From NCBI RefSeq assembly GCF_009914755.1, contig NC_060928.1: a DNA stretch of 64,000 nucleotides, one strand, 5' to 3'. This stretch comes from the human T2T-CHM13v2.0 reference genome, Homo sapiens. A program made the position numbers and the translations under genes. The notes beneath the pieces are model-generated. The model was not told the DNA's origin and searched no databases. It was given only the letters and a program-made list of their open reading frames with translations. Shown in pieces: positions 1 to 15,230 of this stretch. Every line of letters begins with the position of its first letter. Position 1 is the first letter of the stretch.

Positions 1-2930
1 TATAGTATCTCTCTTCTCATCTTTATAATGTTTGAATTGAATCTTCAGTACTCGATTCTACCTGTTTTTCTTCTTACATTTAAAAGATTTTTTCTTATAT
101 TAAAAAATAATATAATACATTCTCTTTAGAAGCTCCTTATTCATCTTAATAAGTTTAAAAGTATGGCCATTTTGCATGGATAGTCAAATAATTGGAGATG
201 ACTGCGAATGGGAAGACAAAAATACTCATGAGAGGTCGGAAGGCAGAGAAGGGTGGTAACTTGCAACTGTGTAAACAATGTGCTAGGTACTGTGCTAGCT
301 TCTTTATCAATTGTTTAGTTTGTTTCCAATAACAAATAATATTCCAGACAAAGAAACTAACTCTTAGAGAACTAATTAATCTGTAAAAATTGCACAATTT
401 ATAAGCACCAAATGTTTGGCTTTAAATCTTTTTTTTTTTTTTTTTGGTAGAATCCAATTTATTGCACTATCTTCTAAATAATATTCTACAACCTGTATTG
501 ATTTCCAGATTCCCTTTGTCTGCAGTTGATTGAAATATATTTGTCTGATTCTGAGAGAGGCAGTGGGTTATAAGTGAAGTGGTTGGGATTCTTCTTTGTG
601 GTCAATTTCAGATCCTGCATCTGAAAAGGAAAGAATCTTGTAGTCTGTAGACACTCTGCCCCAATCTTTCCTCAACAGCAAATGTTCAGAAATACTTACC
701 TGCATATTCCTCTATTTAGCATATTTTTAACCATTAAATCTTTTAATTAATCATACAAGTCTGCTGTTATTTTCATCATCAGTATCATTAAGATTAAAAA
801 GAAATTAACGAGAACAGAATTTAAATTGAGGATTAGCTCCACATTCTATACTTAGAATAGGTTGCTGCTTCCAAACTAACAGGTTCTCAGCTTGTTAAAA
901 GTTAAATTACTCATATGATTCTCATCTGTATAGGAAAAATTTTAACGTACTCCCTTTTATTATCCTTGGGAATAAGCCTAAGTAATTCTGACTGAATAAT
1001 AACAGCAGAACTGTTTGTTTTGGAATTCCGCTTATTTCAACAAATATTTATTGAATACCTATACTTGGAAGTCAGTGTGATTAACATTTAGAAGGTAGTG
1101 GTCTGTTCTGAAATTTCATTTGAAGTTTTCTTATTTCTAGTTTTATCATTTGTTTCAAAGGTTAGATTTCAAAGCTTTGTTACAATGCTTAGCAGCTTCA
1201 TATACAAACTGAGAATCAGCTTTGATCCCTGTCAAGGTTTTGATAGTAGGGAATTACATGGCAACAGCACATATGCTAGTGCACCAAGTATTAAGTACTA
1301 TACAATGATTACTTGATACAGAATACACAATAGGGACTGCCACAGATATGAATGATACATTGGCATTCACCTCTCTCTAGTGTTTGGGTTTCTTTTCCTA
1401 CTTATGTATTTTCCATGTAGCTCAGCTGCCAAGTCTGACACCTAAAGGGTCAATCCCTCACTATACATAGTTTAAGTAAAATTCCACATTTACCTCCAAA
1501 CTGATGCCTATACCAAGGGATTTCCAACCATTTGGAAAAAAAAAAAAAAAAAAAAGCTATAGGGTAGACATATCATTTGGTACTGTCTCACTTACAAATT
1601 ACTCATGCAGGCTTATGGAGACTTCCCTCACTTAGCTAATGACCAGCGCAGACCTCAAATGGTTGTTGCAAGCTTTTCATTATGTGATCCATGTGACTAA
1701 CTACAGCATTTGTGAAATGGGAACACAAGTCTCCAAACTAGAATATTTTTTCCAGCATTGCTAGATTTTTCTTCAGGGATGGTTTCCTGCTGTGGCTGTT
1801 GTGTATTGTTAGGAAAGTGATACCAAGTTAAATAGCTCGAGTAGTCAATGCAAATTCACAGAGCCACCCAACATTGACTTTGGTTCAATCCCTTGAAATA
1901 ACAGGGAGATATAAATCCAGCACCAACATAATGCTAAGCAAAGCAAATTCAAAAAGATAATGTATGCTTTCCACTTTATTATTGTTATGCTTTTAGAGTG
2001 CTTGTGAAAAGATATAGGTCAGGAGGCTCAGTCTTGAGGTTCTGTCCACACTTATGCACATTCAATGATTTGTGTGTAGCAATGACCCATTTTAATTGTA
2101 ATTTTTTCTTTATCCAAATAATTATATATCCTGCCCCAACAAATGATAGAGAATTTTATAGGAGTTCTATTTATAAGAAAAAATAATAAACAATGACTAG
2201 AAACCCTACCCAGGTATCCTTAGAGTTTTTTAGGGGCTGATGAATTCCTAGATAAAATTCCTGAGACCTATGCAAACTATTGGATTGAATGCAAAAAGAA
2301 TGATTATTAAAGTGTGAAATAAAAGATTAATGGTGACTGGGCACCTCCAACTTGCCAGAGATTGTGTTGTGTACTTGATAGACATTATCTGACATAGTCA
2401 TAGAAACTAGAAACTTATCAATTGTTTCTAGCTGATGTATGAATAGAATGTGAGTGACTGGGAAAATTAACAATTAAAATTTGTTTTACTTAAATATAGC
2501 AGTTGGAGAGGGGCCCAGGGAAGTTCAAAGGATGAAACTAATGACTCTTTTTTTTTTCCCCCATAAAGATAAAGAGATGAGAAGAAAAGAAGCATAGAGA
2601 AGAGAAAGGAGAAAAATAACACACATTGCCATATATTTTTTAATGCTTTGCCAATCAACCAAAACCACCTAAGGGAGGGACAACTTACTTACTCCCAGGT
2701 GGTTCTTGGCTTTGCTGGATGATTAGCTTAAATGGAAAAGACTGCAGTTCTTGCCCAGGTTCTGTTTGTTCTTGAACCACATAAAGACTATATAGGTCAG
2801 CCTATATTCTGGGTTTTCTATTTTATTTTTGACTGCTTGTTTTGGTTTTTTTGTTTGTTTGTTTTTGTCTTATTTATTTTTAACCAATCATGTCATATGT
2901 TTTAGGAAGTTGAGTTATTTAAAGAATATA

Positions 2931-3216
<286 letters not shown>

Positions 3217-3604
3217 TATACATATGTATAAAAATATGTATTATATATTAATACTAGAAGTTTTCTATGAAGATTCTGTAGTCGTACTTGTGTTATGTTT
3301 TTCCACAGAATTTTACTTGCTGCCAGTATTTTAGGTAACTTATGATAATTATAGTGCAGTTTTAAGTAAACTCTTTCAGGAATTATTTGCCAGTTGAGGA
3401 TTCTTCCTTCTTCAGGTGATTTTGGAGAAGAAATACCTTCAGCCTAAACAAAAGCTGAAATGAAAATATTCTGTGATAATAACCATGAAATAATTATTCA
3501 GAGTTTGTGGTAATTTTTACCTACAGTAGAGTTACTTTGATTTTAAAAGCAGTGTCTGGAAGAGAAAGAGGAGGAGGTGAAGCAAAAGAAACAGAAATAC
3601 ACCA

Positions 3605-4697
<1,093 letters not shown>

Positions 4698-5155
4698 AAT
4701 GAGAGTAATCCACGAGTGGTATTCATTTTGGAAATTCTTAAAATATATTTCTCACTGTTCAGAACCTCTGACAGCAGAATTTCATGACCGAGTTCCTAAG
4801 AATGACTTGTATCTGCAAGATAACCATTTTTCCCCAAAAAACAAAAGGATAACTTAATGTTCAAGTGTAAAACCAATTCAGAGATTTAAATTATATTTTT
4901 TGGTAAACTATCAGACCAAATCTGATTACTTTAGATGACAAATGCAGTCTAAGTTTTCTGTTATTGTTTTTGATGAAACATACCTTACATAAATTAGGAC
5001 AGCATATACAACTTCAACAACAATAGTATAAAAATACTGATTGGCCAAACAGGTTAAAAACTAAAATTTATTAGTAATTTTAAAGGTCCAGTAGATAAGT
5101 CCTTGATCAAGTTCCCTCTCTTTTTCTCCTCAAGTTAATATAGTCTTGAATAGCA

Positions 5156-5370
5156 TAGGGTCAAAGAGGAGAAGCTGTTTCTTTCCCTCTGAAGTTTCAC
5201 TGAATTTGAACTGACAAAAGGTATATTAATAGGAAAAAGGCGTATAAAATTGAGTGAATGTGCACTTGGGCAAGTCATAAGCATGTGACTACTCAATAGT
5301 CCAATGAGGTGCAATTGTTTATATGTACCCTTCTTCATAGGGAGAGGGGAGAAGGGAATGTAGGCAATTA
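5156..5370 (-). mobile_element. ERV1 LTR fragment (MER4-group, MER49/LTR29-like)
   Basis: ctgaagtttcactgaa...actgacaaaagg..attaataggaaaaaggc is a typical LTR 3' end on the minus strand; subfamily uncertain. Confidence 0.45.
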
Positions 5371-5443
5371 TTTTGACTTTACCAATGTCACAGAGCCTAG
5401 TGAGAGAAGCAGAGGAACAAGTCATCTCATTATCTTTAACCCT

Positions 5444-6123
5444 TGTGAATTCAAAAGTGTCTGAGACATATCTCAATCAACTGAGACAGTTTATTTTGGC
5501 AAGGTTAAGGACACACCTTAAGGACCTCAGGAGGTTCTGATGATATGTGCCGAACGTGGTCAGGGTACAGCTTACCCTTATACATTTTAGGGAGACATGA
5601 GACATGAATGTACATCTTATACATATGGATTGATGTCTAGTCTCATGTCTCCTTAAAATGTATAAGAGCAAGCTGTAAGGAGTTGCAGGGAGCTTCCAGA
5701 TCATAGGTAGATAAGACACAAAAGGTTGCATTTTCTTTTGAGTCATTGATCAACCTTCACTAAATACACAATTTAGTTTGGCTCAGTGAATCTGCATTTT
5801 TGCATAAATGATAGGGCAGAAGAAGAAATCAGATATGCATTTTTCTCAGGTGAGGGGAGGGAAGATTTTGGCATCTGTGAAGATAAGCTATCAGTTTACA
5901 TTGCTAGGGTGAAATTCAAAAAAACTATTTTAGGGTAAAGATCTTCAGACCAACAAAGAATTTTCTTGTGGGTAAATTATAAGGGAAGTATGTAGCTTTT
6001 TTATCTTTGTAGCTATCTTATTTAGGAATAAAATGGGAGGTAGACTTGCCTGACATAGTTCCCAGCTTGATCTTTCCCTTAGCTTAGTGATTTTGAGGTC
6101 CTGAGATTTATTTTCCTTTCACA
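5444..6123 (-). mobile_element. MER4A-like ERV1 solo LTR with internal fold-back inversion
   Basis: tgt...ttttcctttcaca ends; perfect 4-bp TSD ccct (5440-5443 / 6124-6127). Confidence 0.85.
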
Positions 6124-6572
6124 CCCTTTTGCATTTACCCTACTACATAATCAGTTTTTCCATATGTTTCATTCTAGATTCAAATGTCAGCTTTTCTTAC
6201 AGAAAGAAAAGATACCAATTGAATTTTCACCCAAATCTGCCATCTAAAATGACAAATTGATTAATGTGATTAAAATGGGTTTCTGCAATATTTTATAGAA
6301 TGCTTTTAATATAAGTACTTACATCCTTTACCATTTATTATCCAAGGCATTTGTTTAAAATTTAAAATTTTCTCTCAAGTTTCTCTTGATGTAAACTGTG
6401 CCAAAATTTGTCACTTCATTGAGCTAAAATTCTCTTACACTCTGCAACTCAGATCTGAGAAACAGCTTGCCATCGTAAACAAGAGAAGCAAAATTTTCTG
6501 TGTGATTCCTGACTAACTTGTTCTGGGAAATGCCTAATCAGTTTGTCAGTCACTTTAATCCTGCTGTATCAG

Positions 6573-7522
6573 TGAAGCAGGATATTTCCCTGACCCTCTC
6601 GTGGGACTCACAACAGGGGTGCCTGGCTTACTCAGTCCGCAGCTCTCAACTCTTTGTGGGAGGTGGTGCATGAACGAACAAGGTGGAAACTGGAGTGTGT
6701 GAAGGCCAGAATCAGCTGGCCACTCCTTCGCCTGTAAGAGTGAACTCCACTCATTCAAACTGACTACATTCCACCCACTATGGGAGACAGCACAAGGGTG
6801 AACAGATGCAGAAGCTAGGGCAAGCACTTTTGGGCACCAGCAGGAACCAACTCTGTGCTGGCCCCACGGCAGCTTCTAGAGGAGGTGCCTGTGACCTCTG
6901 AAGCCCCAGAGAGAGTGTTACAATAATCTTTTAGCTCTGCCATTGTGGAGGGCTTAAGTGTTAACAGCTCAGTGGACCGTCTGCCTTTTCCCATGAGGTG
7001 GCTACCTTCCCCCAGCCAGGGCAAAGGGTCAGTGGAACAGACTTTTGCATCTGCACTTGTGACACCTGAGCTCTTGTCTGGTGTCCAGGAGAAATGAGGT
7101 TGCATGAATGAATTGAAGGATGGTAAATGTAGGGGATTTTATTGCTGATGAAAGTGGCTGTCAGTGGGAAGGGGAGCTGGAAAGGGTATGGGGCTGGAAG
7201 GTAGTCTTACCCTGAAGTCCAGCTGTCTCTGGCCAGATTCTTCTCCAAAGTTACACCATCAGGCTGTCCCTCTAAAGTCAAGCCACTTCCCTATGATGTC
7301 CAGCTGTAGTCTCCAGTGTCCCACTGCTTCTACTCTGTGCCAGCTGAGTCTGGTGATGGGGAGTGGGGTGGGCCATGGGTTGTTTTGGAAAAGGCAACAT
7401 TCAAATGGGAAAACAGGGATGTAAGTTCTCACTTTGGGATGTGGTATCAAGCTTGAGGGTGGGGTTTTGTTGGGGAGGCTGCCCTTTTCTGCCTAGAATT
7501 TCTCTGCCTCCTGTCCCTATCA
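6573..7522 (-). mobile_element. MER52-like ERV1 solo LTR
   Basis: tga...tca ends; perfect 4-bp TSD tcag (6569-6572 / 7523-7526); GC-rich MER52-type motifs. Confidence 0.8.
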
Positions 7523-8205
7523 TCAGGCTGAAATTTGTCCAATCAGATCACACTCTGCAGGCCATCAGCTGGCAAACTCTTCTGCCTACTCCGTTTTAAT
7601 ACTTGTGCATTACTGAGAGATTTGATATGGCCTAAAAATATATTGTATTGTCCATCTTTAATTATTTTTCTCATGGAATCTGTTTATCCATCCATTTGAT
7701 CGTAGGGACACTGCTCATTGTAGGGAAACCAAAATGAACTATTTCAAAGCTCTTTTTATACTTTAAAATAAATAGTATATCAAATAGTAAGTCAAAATAG
7801 TAATATCTTCATTATAATTACATATTCATACAAAATAAAGTATCATTATATGTTATTGCATATTGTTAATATTGCTATTGTCAAATTTATCCAACTATAA
7901 TCACATCTTCCAGAGCTAGCAATTGACTATAGGTTGGTTATCTATCAACTCTTACTTGTTTAACATTTTAAACTGATGCTTTATGTTAATATTGTTCTTA
8001 ATTGAACATCATTTTATTTTAACCGTATAATATTTTTAACATAGTACAGAACTTTACCTTTTAACATGTTTTTCATAAAGTTTTTTTCTATAGACTGGTA
8101 CAGTTTAGACAGACTAATATGGATGTGTTGGTTGCTGCTGCAGGTGCCAAGGATATAGAGATACTCACGTGGTTTGAATGAGGGTTCACAGCTGAGAGGA
8201 AGAGG

Positions 8206-8317
8206 GAGCACAGAATCTTTCTATAGTGGTTCAGAAGCACTTAGAGCACAAAATCCTTCTATAGTGGTTCAGAAGCACTTAGAGCACAGAATCTTTCTAT
8301 AGTGGTTCAGAAGCACT
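8206..8317. repeat. Minisatellite, ~3 x 38 bp (gagcacagaatctttctatagtggttcagaagcactta)
   Basis: Units start at 8206, 8244 and 8282; the middle unit has 2 substitutions. Confidence 0.95.
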
Positions 8318-9525
8318 GCCCTGGTATCTGAAAAACAGTGCATTCATATGACCTATATGCTCATCTAAAACAACATTTAAAAGAACCTTTCCATTTTTTT
8401 TCATGTTCAAATTGTGTTTTTATCTGTGTGTGTTTGTTTCTGGCCTGAGAGCAGCTCACTAACAGGGATATTGTCGGGATTTTGGAAGGCCTACTTTTTA
8501 TAAAAATCAATTTTAGAGATGCTCTTAAGTGCCAGGCTTTAATTTCACAAGATATATCTAAACTTTTAAAGGTTCGTTTTGCAGTAATTGAAGATCTAGG
8601 AATATTTCTTTTTCAGTTCTTCATTATCATTTCTTCATTATTAAGCAGAAGCAAATGGGTATTAATTAATGACCATAACAACAAATAGAGATTAATTGAA
8701 CCACACATTTTTTTAGTTTTAAAGTTTTTGTTCATGACTTGAACACAAACACAGAAGAGCAAGTTCTTAGATGACCTTCTAAATGGTTTACTTGGAGATC
8801 TGAGATGTATATTTTTAAGGTTGAGTATTTTAGCCAGGAGGATACACACACAAAAATGTGTTCTTTCCTTGATACGTATCCTCCAGAGCCCAGCAGGCAT
8901 CAGGAAAAGGACTCCAGGGAACATTGCTGAAAGGACTGAATTGGCTTAAGAGGCAGACAACCAAACCTAGCTAGGGAGTTTTGGGCTACATCTCAGACAG
9001 TTTATTAAAAAAGCAAAGGGGATAAAAGTTCCCCAAAGATAACATGCTAGCTATGCCTTAAAACTGTGATTTTAATTCTGTGGTGCTGAAACTGTGTCAA
9101 ATAGCCTATGGCAAGATATGTCCTATGTGTTGCAAAATGATGCAAAATAAATACTCACTGTGTTTTGAGAACAAACTCATTAGTAGAGGAAACACTGTAC
9201 TTTACACACCCTAAGGATATTTGAGTGTTCACATAGGCACATAAATGTTGATGTGAAGTGTCATTCATAGGTGACGGTAGCTATTTATTTTTTCATTAAC
9301 ATAGCTATTGGATTTCTATTAAATTGAGTAAGGATTTATGAGATCTGTTGGTTTAGGAAAAAACACCTAGGTAAAACTAATTATAAAAATGGCCATAATT
9401 TTAATTTTCAATGACATTTTCACTTTCAAAAATATTTTTACTTTTTCATTTGAAAAACAAAACTCTGTTAAATAAGTAATATTATTTTTATCCCAATTTC
9501 ACAGGTAGAGGAATTAAGGATATCA

Positions 9526-9996
<471 letters not shown>

Positions 9997-10303
9997 TCAG
10001 TAGACATCATGTAGGGGAAGCGGGTTCTAGATCTGGCATAACCCTTCAGAGGTCAGATCCCAAGGGCATTAGACTTGTATATATCTCCCCACCATGATTA
10101 GTCATGTAAAGAGGCGGGAAGGCAGTTTTATTTTCAGCTGCATTGATCCCCAAAGAGACTGACAGCTAAGGATGGTTGCATGGTAGCATTCCTAGCAACC
10201 AGGAAATAAGTCCTTTATTCTTAAAGGATTACCTGGATGTCACAAAACAGCATGCAGTACAGAGGGTATGGAGTTACAGAGACAAAAAGTGTATGTACCA
10301 AGA

Positions 10304-10714
10304 TGATGTAGTTTGAATGTATGCCTCTGCCTAATCTCATCTTGAATGTTGGAGGTAGGGCTTGGTGGAAGGTGTTTGGATCATGAGGGTGGATCCCTTA
10401 GGAACGGCTTGGGCTGCTGTCCCCTTGGTGATAAGTGAGCTCTCACTCTGAGTTCACATGAGATCTGGTGGTTTAAAGGTGTGTGGCACCCCTGCCCCAC
10501 CCCCGCTCACTTGCTTCTTTCATCATGGAATGTGCCTGCTCCCTCTTCACCTTCCACCATGAGTGTAAGCTTCCTGAAGTCTCCCTAGAAGCCAAGCAGA
10601 TGCCAGTACAGTGTTTCCTGTAAAGTCTGCAGAACTATGAGCCAATTAATCCTCTTTTCTTTATAAATTACCCAGTCTCAGATTGTTATAGCAATGCAAG
10701 AACAGCCTAATAAA
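10304..10714 (+). mobile_element. MaLR LTR (MSTB-like)
   Basis: MST motifs ggtgtttggatcatgagggtggatccc and aattacccagtctcag; 5-bp TSD-like caaga/taaga. Confidence 0.85.
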
Positions 10715-11579
10715 TAAGACAAATTAGATTTTATAACTCTAATTTCTATTTCTGTGTTACTACACCCTGAAAACTCCATGTTAGCTTTTTGTAAATTGTT
10801 CTATCATTTTTACCAATCTACATGACTTCACCTTCCATTCATAAATTCATCTAGAACTGAGCTTTTAAACATCTAACTGTAAGCAAAGAAGTTTGCATTA
10901 CAAAAATGAAGCAATATTAGCACAATTTATATTTAGCATTTTCATTTTCTGAGTTGATGAATGTGCTCAAATATGGTTAGAAAAGTATTATATATGCATC
11001 TATTTAAGAACAAGGGCATATAAAACTGCAAATAGTGATATTTTTAATTTGAAGCACCTCTGCATACCAACAGGAGGTCTGAGGATTATAAAAAAAAGAG
11101 AATATAACCCTGACAAGGGACTAACCTATTATGCATCCCCAAGCTTCTTTTTCCCCCGACTACATAGTAGTGATTAAATCATGAACTATACACTTATTCT
11201 TGAACCCAGAATAACAGGATAATACAAAGAGCAAGCATTTAAGAGAAATATTCGTTTTCTAAAGGAGTATAAATAGTTTGGTTTACAGTGGATTTTTCAA
11301 TGCAGGAGCTTGAGTAGGATTGGATAAGTTAAGTGGTTTAAGATGAGTGAAACAGCAAGGTGAACATTTTGGGGCAAGAGGTTCAGATAGTCTTAGGGCA
11401 TAAACCTCAGTGAATGTTGTCTACTGAAAAGCTGATAAGATTTCAAGGAAGTTCCTAAATTGAACACTCAAGTTCTTTGGACAATAGTCTCCTGAAATTA
11501 TAGCAAAGTCATGTAAATGTAGACAGCTGTGTTTGAGGGAAGATGATTTCTTTCTCATGGTGGAGAGAGTATCAGCCAG

Positions 11580-11770
11580 TTAAAATGCCAGCCCTTGGAT
11601 CTTAGCTGCTCCACAACTAGCTGTGGGCTTTGGATATGTCTGTTAATTTCTCCATAAGTCAGTTTTCTTGTTTGTGCTTATCTTACATCAGAAGTTAGTC
11701 ATGAGGATTAAATAGACAACACTAGAAACAATTGGAAGTGTTCCTAATATATAGTAAGTAGGTTATTACT
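11580..11770 (+). mobile_element. MIR fragment
   Basis: MIR core-like sequence ctagctgtgggctttgga...gaggattaaatagac. Confidence 0.6.
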
Positions 11771-12249
11771 ATTTTCCTCACTCCCCTTACCACTCATTTG
11801 TATCATATGCACAATCCCACACATATCTGGTTCTTTTTGGCAAGTGCTAAGGACTAAGGAAAAATAAATGATGAAGTTGATTTAGAGGTATATAGTATTG
11901 AAGCATTTACATCATTGACTATGTGACTTATATATGTGCGTGTGTGTACATATCAAGAAAGTTATTCTTCATGGCTCCGCTAACTCTATAGAAGTAAAAT
12001 GGCACATAACAGATTGCCAAAAAGAAGAAAACACTGGAAAGTATCTAAGTTTCTGCTTAGCACACCTGTCAAAAATTATCCCAGTATCCTGATATTTTCA
12101 TGAATACTAATTCATGATTGCTGACATGTTTCCTGTTTTCCTATGAAAGATGTGGCAATTAACTGTCACTATGATTATCAAAATAATCAAGGGTCAAGTT
12201 ACAGTAGAACCAGAAAACAAGGTTCATAATATCCAGATTGTTTATTCCT

Positions 12250-12810
12250 TTATTCTTCCAAGAAATATTTATTGAGTATTAGGAGTCAAGCAAGGTTTAT
12301 ATGCTGGGGAGAAAATGGCCAGTGAAACAGACTATGTTCTTGTTTTGATGGAGTTTAGGTCTCATGGAAGAGGAAAATAGGAATCACGTAATCACACAAA
12401 TAAATACATTTGTACTATGTAGGAAATAATAATCTTAGAGAACTTCCTGGAAGAAATGCCAGATTAGGTTAGATTAGATTAGATTAAGATCTAAAGGATG
12501 AGGAGTTGTCTTCTAAATCAAAAAGGATGAGGGTCCAGGAATGATTGTTCCAAGTGTAGAACATAGAACCTGGTGTGGCACCTGCTGTACTGGGAAGAAA
12601 CCTGATGCAGTAAATGGTCTGAAAAAAGGCCAGTGTGATCAGAATGCTGAGAGGTAGAGAAAGTGTTGAATGAAATCGAGCTGTGGAAATCGCAGAGGTC
12701 AGACTACTTAGAATCTGGAAGTCCACCTGGAATCTTGCAAGTCATGTGAAGGATACTGACTTTTTCTAAAAGTCACTAGGGGATTTCAAAAAGTTTTGAG
12801 AAAAGAGGAT
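12250..12810 (-). mobile_element. L2 fragment
   Basis: aaatatttattgagt L2 3'-end motif followed by degenerate L2-like sequence. Confidence 0.5.
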
Positions 12811-13942
12811 GGAGAGCAAGAACCCACATGATATTCAAGGAAGGTAAGGGTAAAGTTGGTGAGGGTACCCTTTGGGGAAGTAATTAAAATATATCAAACT
12901 TCTTAAAGGGTAATTCTTCCTTCTTTGACTTTCCCGTTTTATGTCTTCAGTTGACTTACTGCTGCATTCACATTTATAAAATTGTGACTGTGTTTATCAT
13001 ATGAGCTGGGAGTTAAAGAACTGAGGATCAATGTGAAAATACCACATCAGGGTACATTTACACAAATGTAATAGTACTAGAATTTAATTCACTGTGAAAA
13101 CTGTAAATAAAAATATAGAGCAATAAGAAACAAGTAATTAGAGAAAGTTACAATCCTTTTTTTGCTGGATATTTGATATACTTTGACTCATTTGTACTCT
13201 TAGTTTATTTTCAGCTGCTTGTAAACAAAACACTGTTAACAATTGAAGCCGAACTCCAACTAACTTCATTTTTTTTTTTGAATTTGAAAAAGCCCTACTA
13301 AAGAAAAGGGCCATTAGTGAAGAATAAGTGGAGACAGCAGTTTTCGATTGTTCATAGGGTTGTCATGTCAAAGAGGCAATGGACTCACGTGGTCAATTTC
13401 TAAAATATAAATGTAGAGTGCATAGGTTAAATGTATAGACGAGCAAACTGAATTTGAAATGAGGAATGGTTTTAAATACTTAGTCCTATTTAACAGTGAA
13501 GATTCTAGTCTCTAAAAAATAGTCTAGCAGAAGCAACATTTTCATCTCAAATTTTAAAAGGAATTCCAAGTCAAGATTTTTAATTTTTCCTGAAGCAAAC
13601 CCCCACTTATATTGCTGCCTCTTCCAAAACAATTCTTTTTTTCTCACATATTTTTCTAAAAACTTCTGCCTCTGAATTCTGTCTCCTCTTTCAGGTGGGA
13701 GCCTGTGATGATATAAAATTCTTTTACTGTTTTGCAACAGAGGTCTCAGAGTGAGTATCTCAACCAACTTTCTTTTAGAAGAATTAAGGTGAATTACTGT
13801 GACTGTTAGAACAGAAAATTTTTAAAACTTTATCAAATGATGTTAAAGTATGATACAAAATTGAAAATAAACTAGCTAATTTATTTTTGACTACTGCTGG
13901 TTAAGATTGAGGGAAGTCAGAACATTATTAGCATTTACTTTT

Positions 13943-14242
13943 TCTTTTTTTTGTTTTTTGAGATGGAGTCTCACTCTGTTGCCCAAGCTGGAGTGCAGTG
14001 GCGCGATCTCAGCTCACACAACCTCCGCCTCCCTGGGTTCAAGCCATTCTCCTGCCTCAGCCTCCCACGTAGCTGGGACTACAGGTGCATGCCACCACAC
14101 CCGGCTAATTTTTTTGTAATTTTTGGTAGAGACAGGGTTTCACCGTGTCATCCAGGATGGTCTCGATCTCCTGACGTCGTGATCCTCCCACCTCTGCCTC
14201 CCAAAGTGCTGGTATTACAGGTGTGAGTCACCGCGCCCGGCC
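13943..14242 (-). mobile_element. Alu (AluY/Sc-like)
   Basis: Reverse Alu; TSD agcatttactttt/agcattcactttt. Confidence 0.95.
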
Positions 14243-14449
14243 AGCATTCACTTTTACTCAGTCCAGTTGCTGCATTTTTATTTACCTAGTTTGTCCATTC
14301 CCTCCCACTTAAAACATGAGGCTATAAGTAGATGCAGCAGAGGTAGTACCAGAGATAATCGACCATAAATCCAGGAGGTCTAACAGTTAATTTGGCAGTA
14401 GCTGAATTTGTCATAGACTTCGATAAGGTCAAACTACGAAGTTTGTTAA

Positions 14450-14630
14450 CTCTCAGTTCAAAACCTGGCTCTGGACACTGTCTAGGGTAAGCATGAACGA
14501 GTTACATGACCTTTACGTCTCAGTTTTTTGATCAGTAAAGTGAGCACAGTAACAGTACCCAATGCATGGAGATTTTGTGAAGATTAAATAAAATAAGTTA
14601 TATTTAAGCATACCACCTGGTATATATGAA
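14450..14630 (+). mobile_element. MIR fragment
   Basis: gttcaaaacctggctctg...tctcagtttt...gtgaagattaaat. Confidence 0.6.
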
Positions 14631-14729
14631 CACAACACATTTTCTGTGTTAATATTATTTTAAAATATATTTAAAAATATTTTGAATAGACAGTTAAGTA
14701 TTTAGAAGAAAGTAACTAACCGTGTAAAT

Positions 14730-15230
14730 ATTGAAAGAACAATGTTCCAGGCAGAGGGAATAACAAGTACAATATCTGAGATGGAAAAAAAAACAAAAAA
14801 AAACTTGCAAGTTTGAGTAATGACACAAAGGTCAGTTTGTATCTTAAATGAGAGGGAGACGGACAGGAGGTAATACCAGAGAGATGGTGGGTTCAGGTTT
14901 CAGGTCTTAGAGAGTCTTGTTGACCATTGTGCAAAGTATAAATTTCATTCTAAATGTAACTGGAAACTATTAGAAAGTTTTAAACAGAAAAATCTGATGG
15001 TTCTTCTCCTTTCATGTTCTAGCCGCTTTTCGGAGAGTGAAAAGACATTGGGATGAGTTAGGTGGCTTTTTAAAAAAATCTAGGAAATAATAATAGCTTT
15101 AATCAGGGTGGTAATGGAAGAAGTAGGAGATTTCTCTGTAAATCAAATAGTTTTACTGTCAAGGCGGAGTTGGGGACTTGCTGAAGACATGTGGGTGGTA
15201 AGGAAAAAAGATCTTATAAATAACTTTTTG
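14730..15230 (-). mobile_element. L2 fragment
   Basis: gttccaggcagagggaataacaagt L2-type motif and downstream degenerate L2 sequence. Confidence 0.5.

Noticed and set aside
8206-8317. CRISPR-like 38-bp repeats
   Set aside because: No spacers and a eukaryotic context; a plain tandem repeat
13695-13748. Possible small exon (polypyrimidine-CAG ... GTGAGT)
   Set aside because: Splice-like motifs arise by chance at this frequency; no coding or partner-exon support
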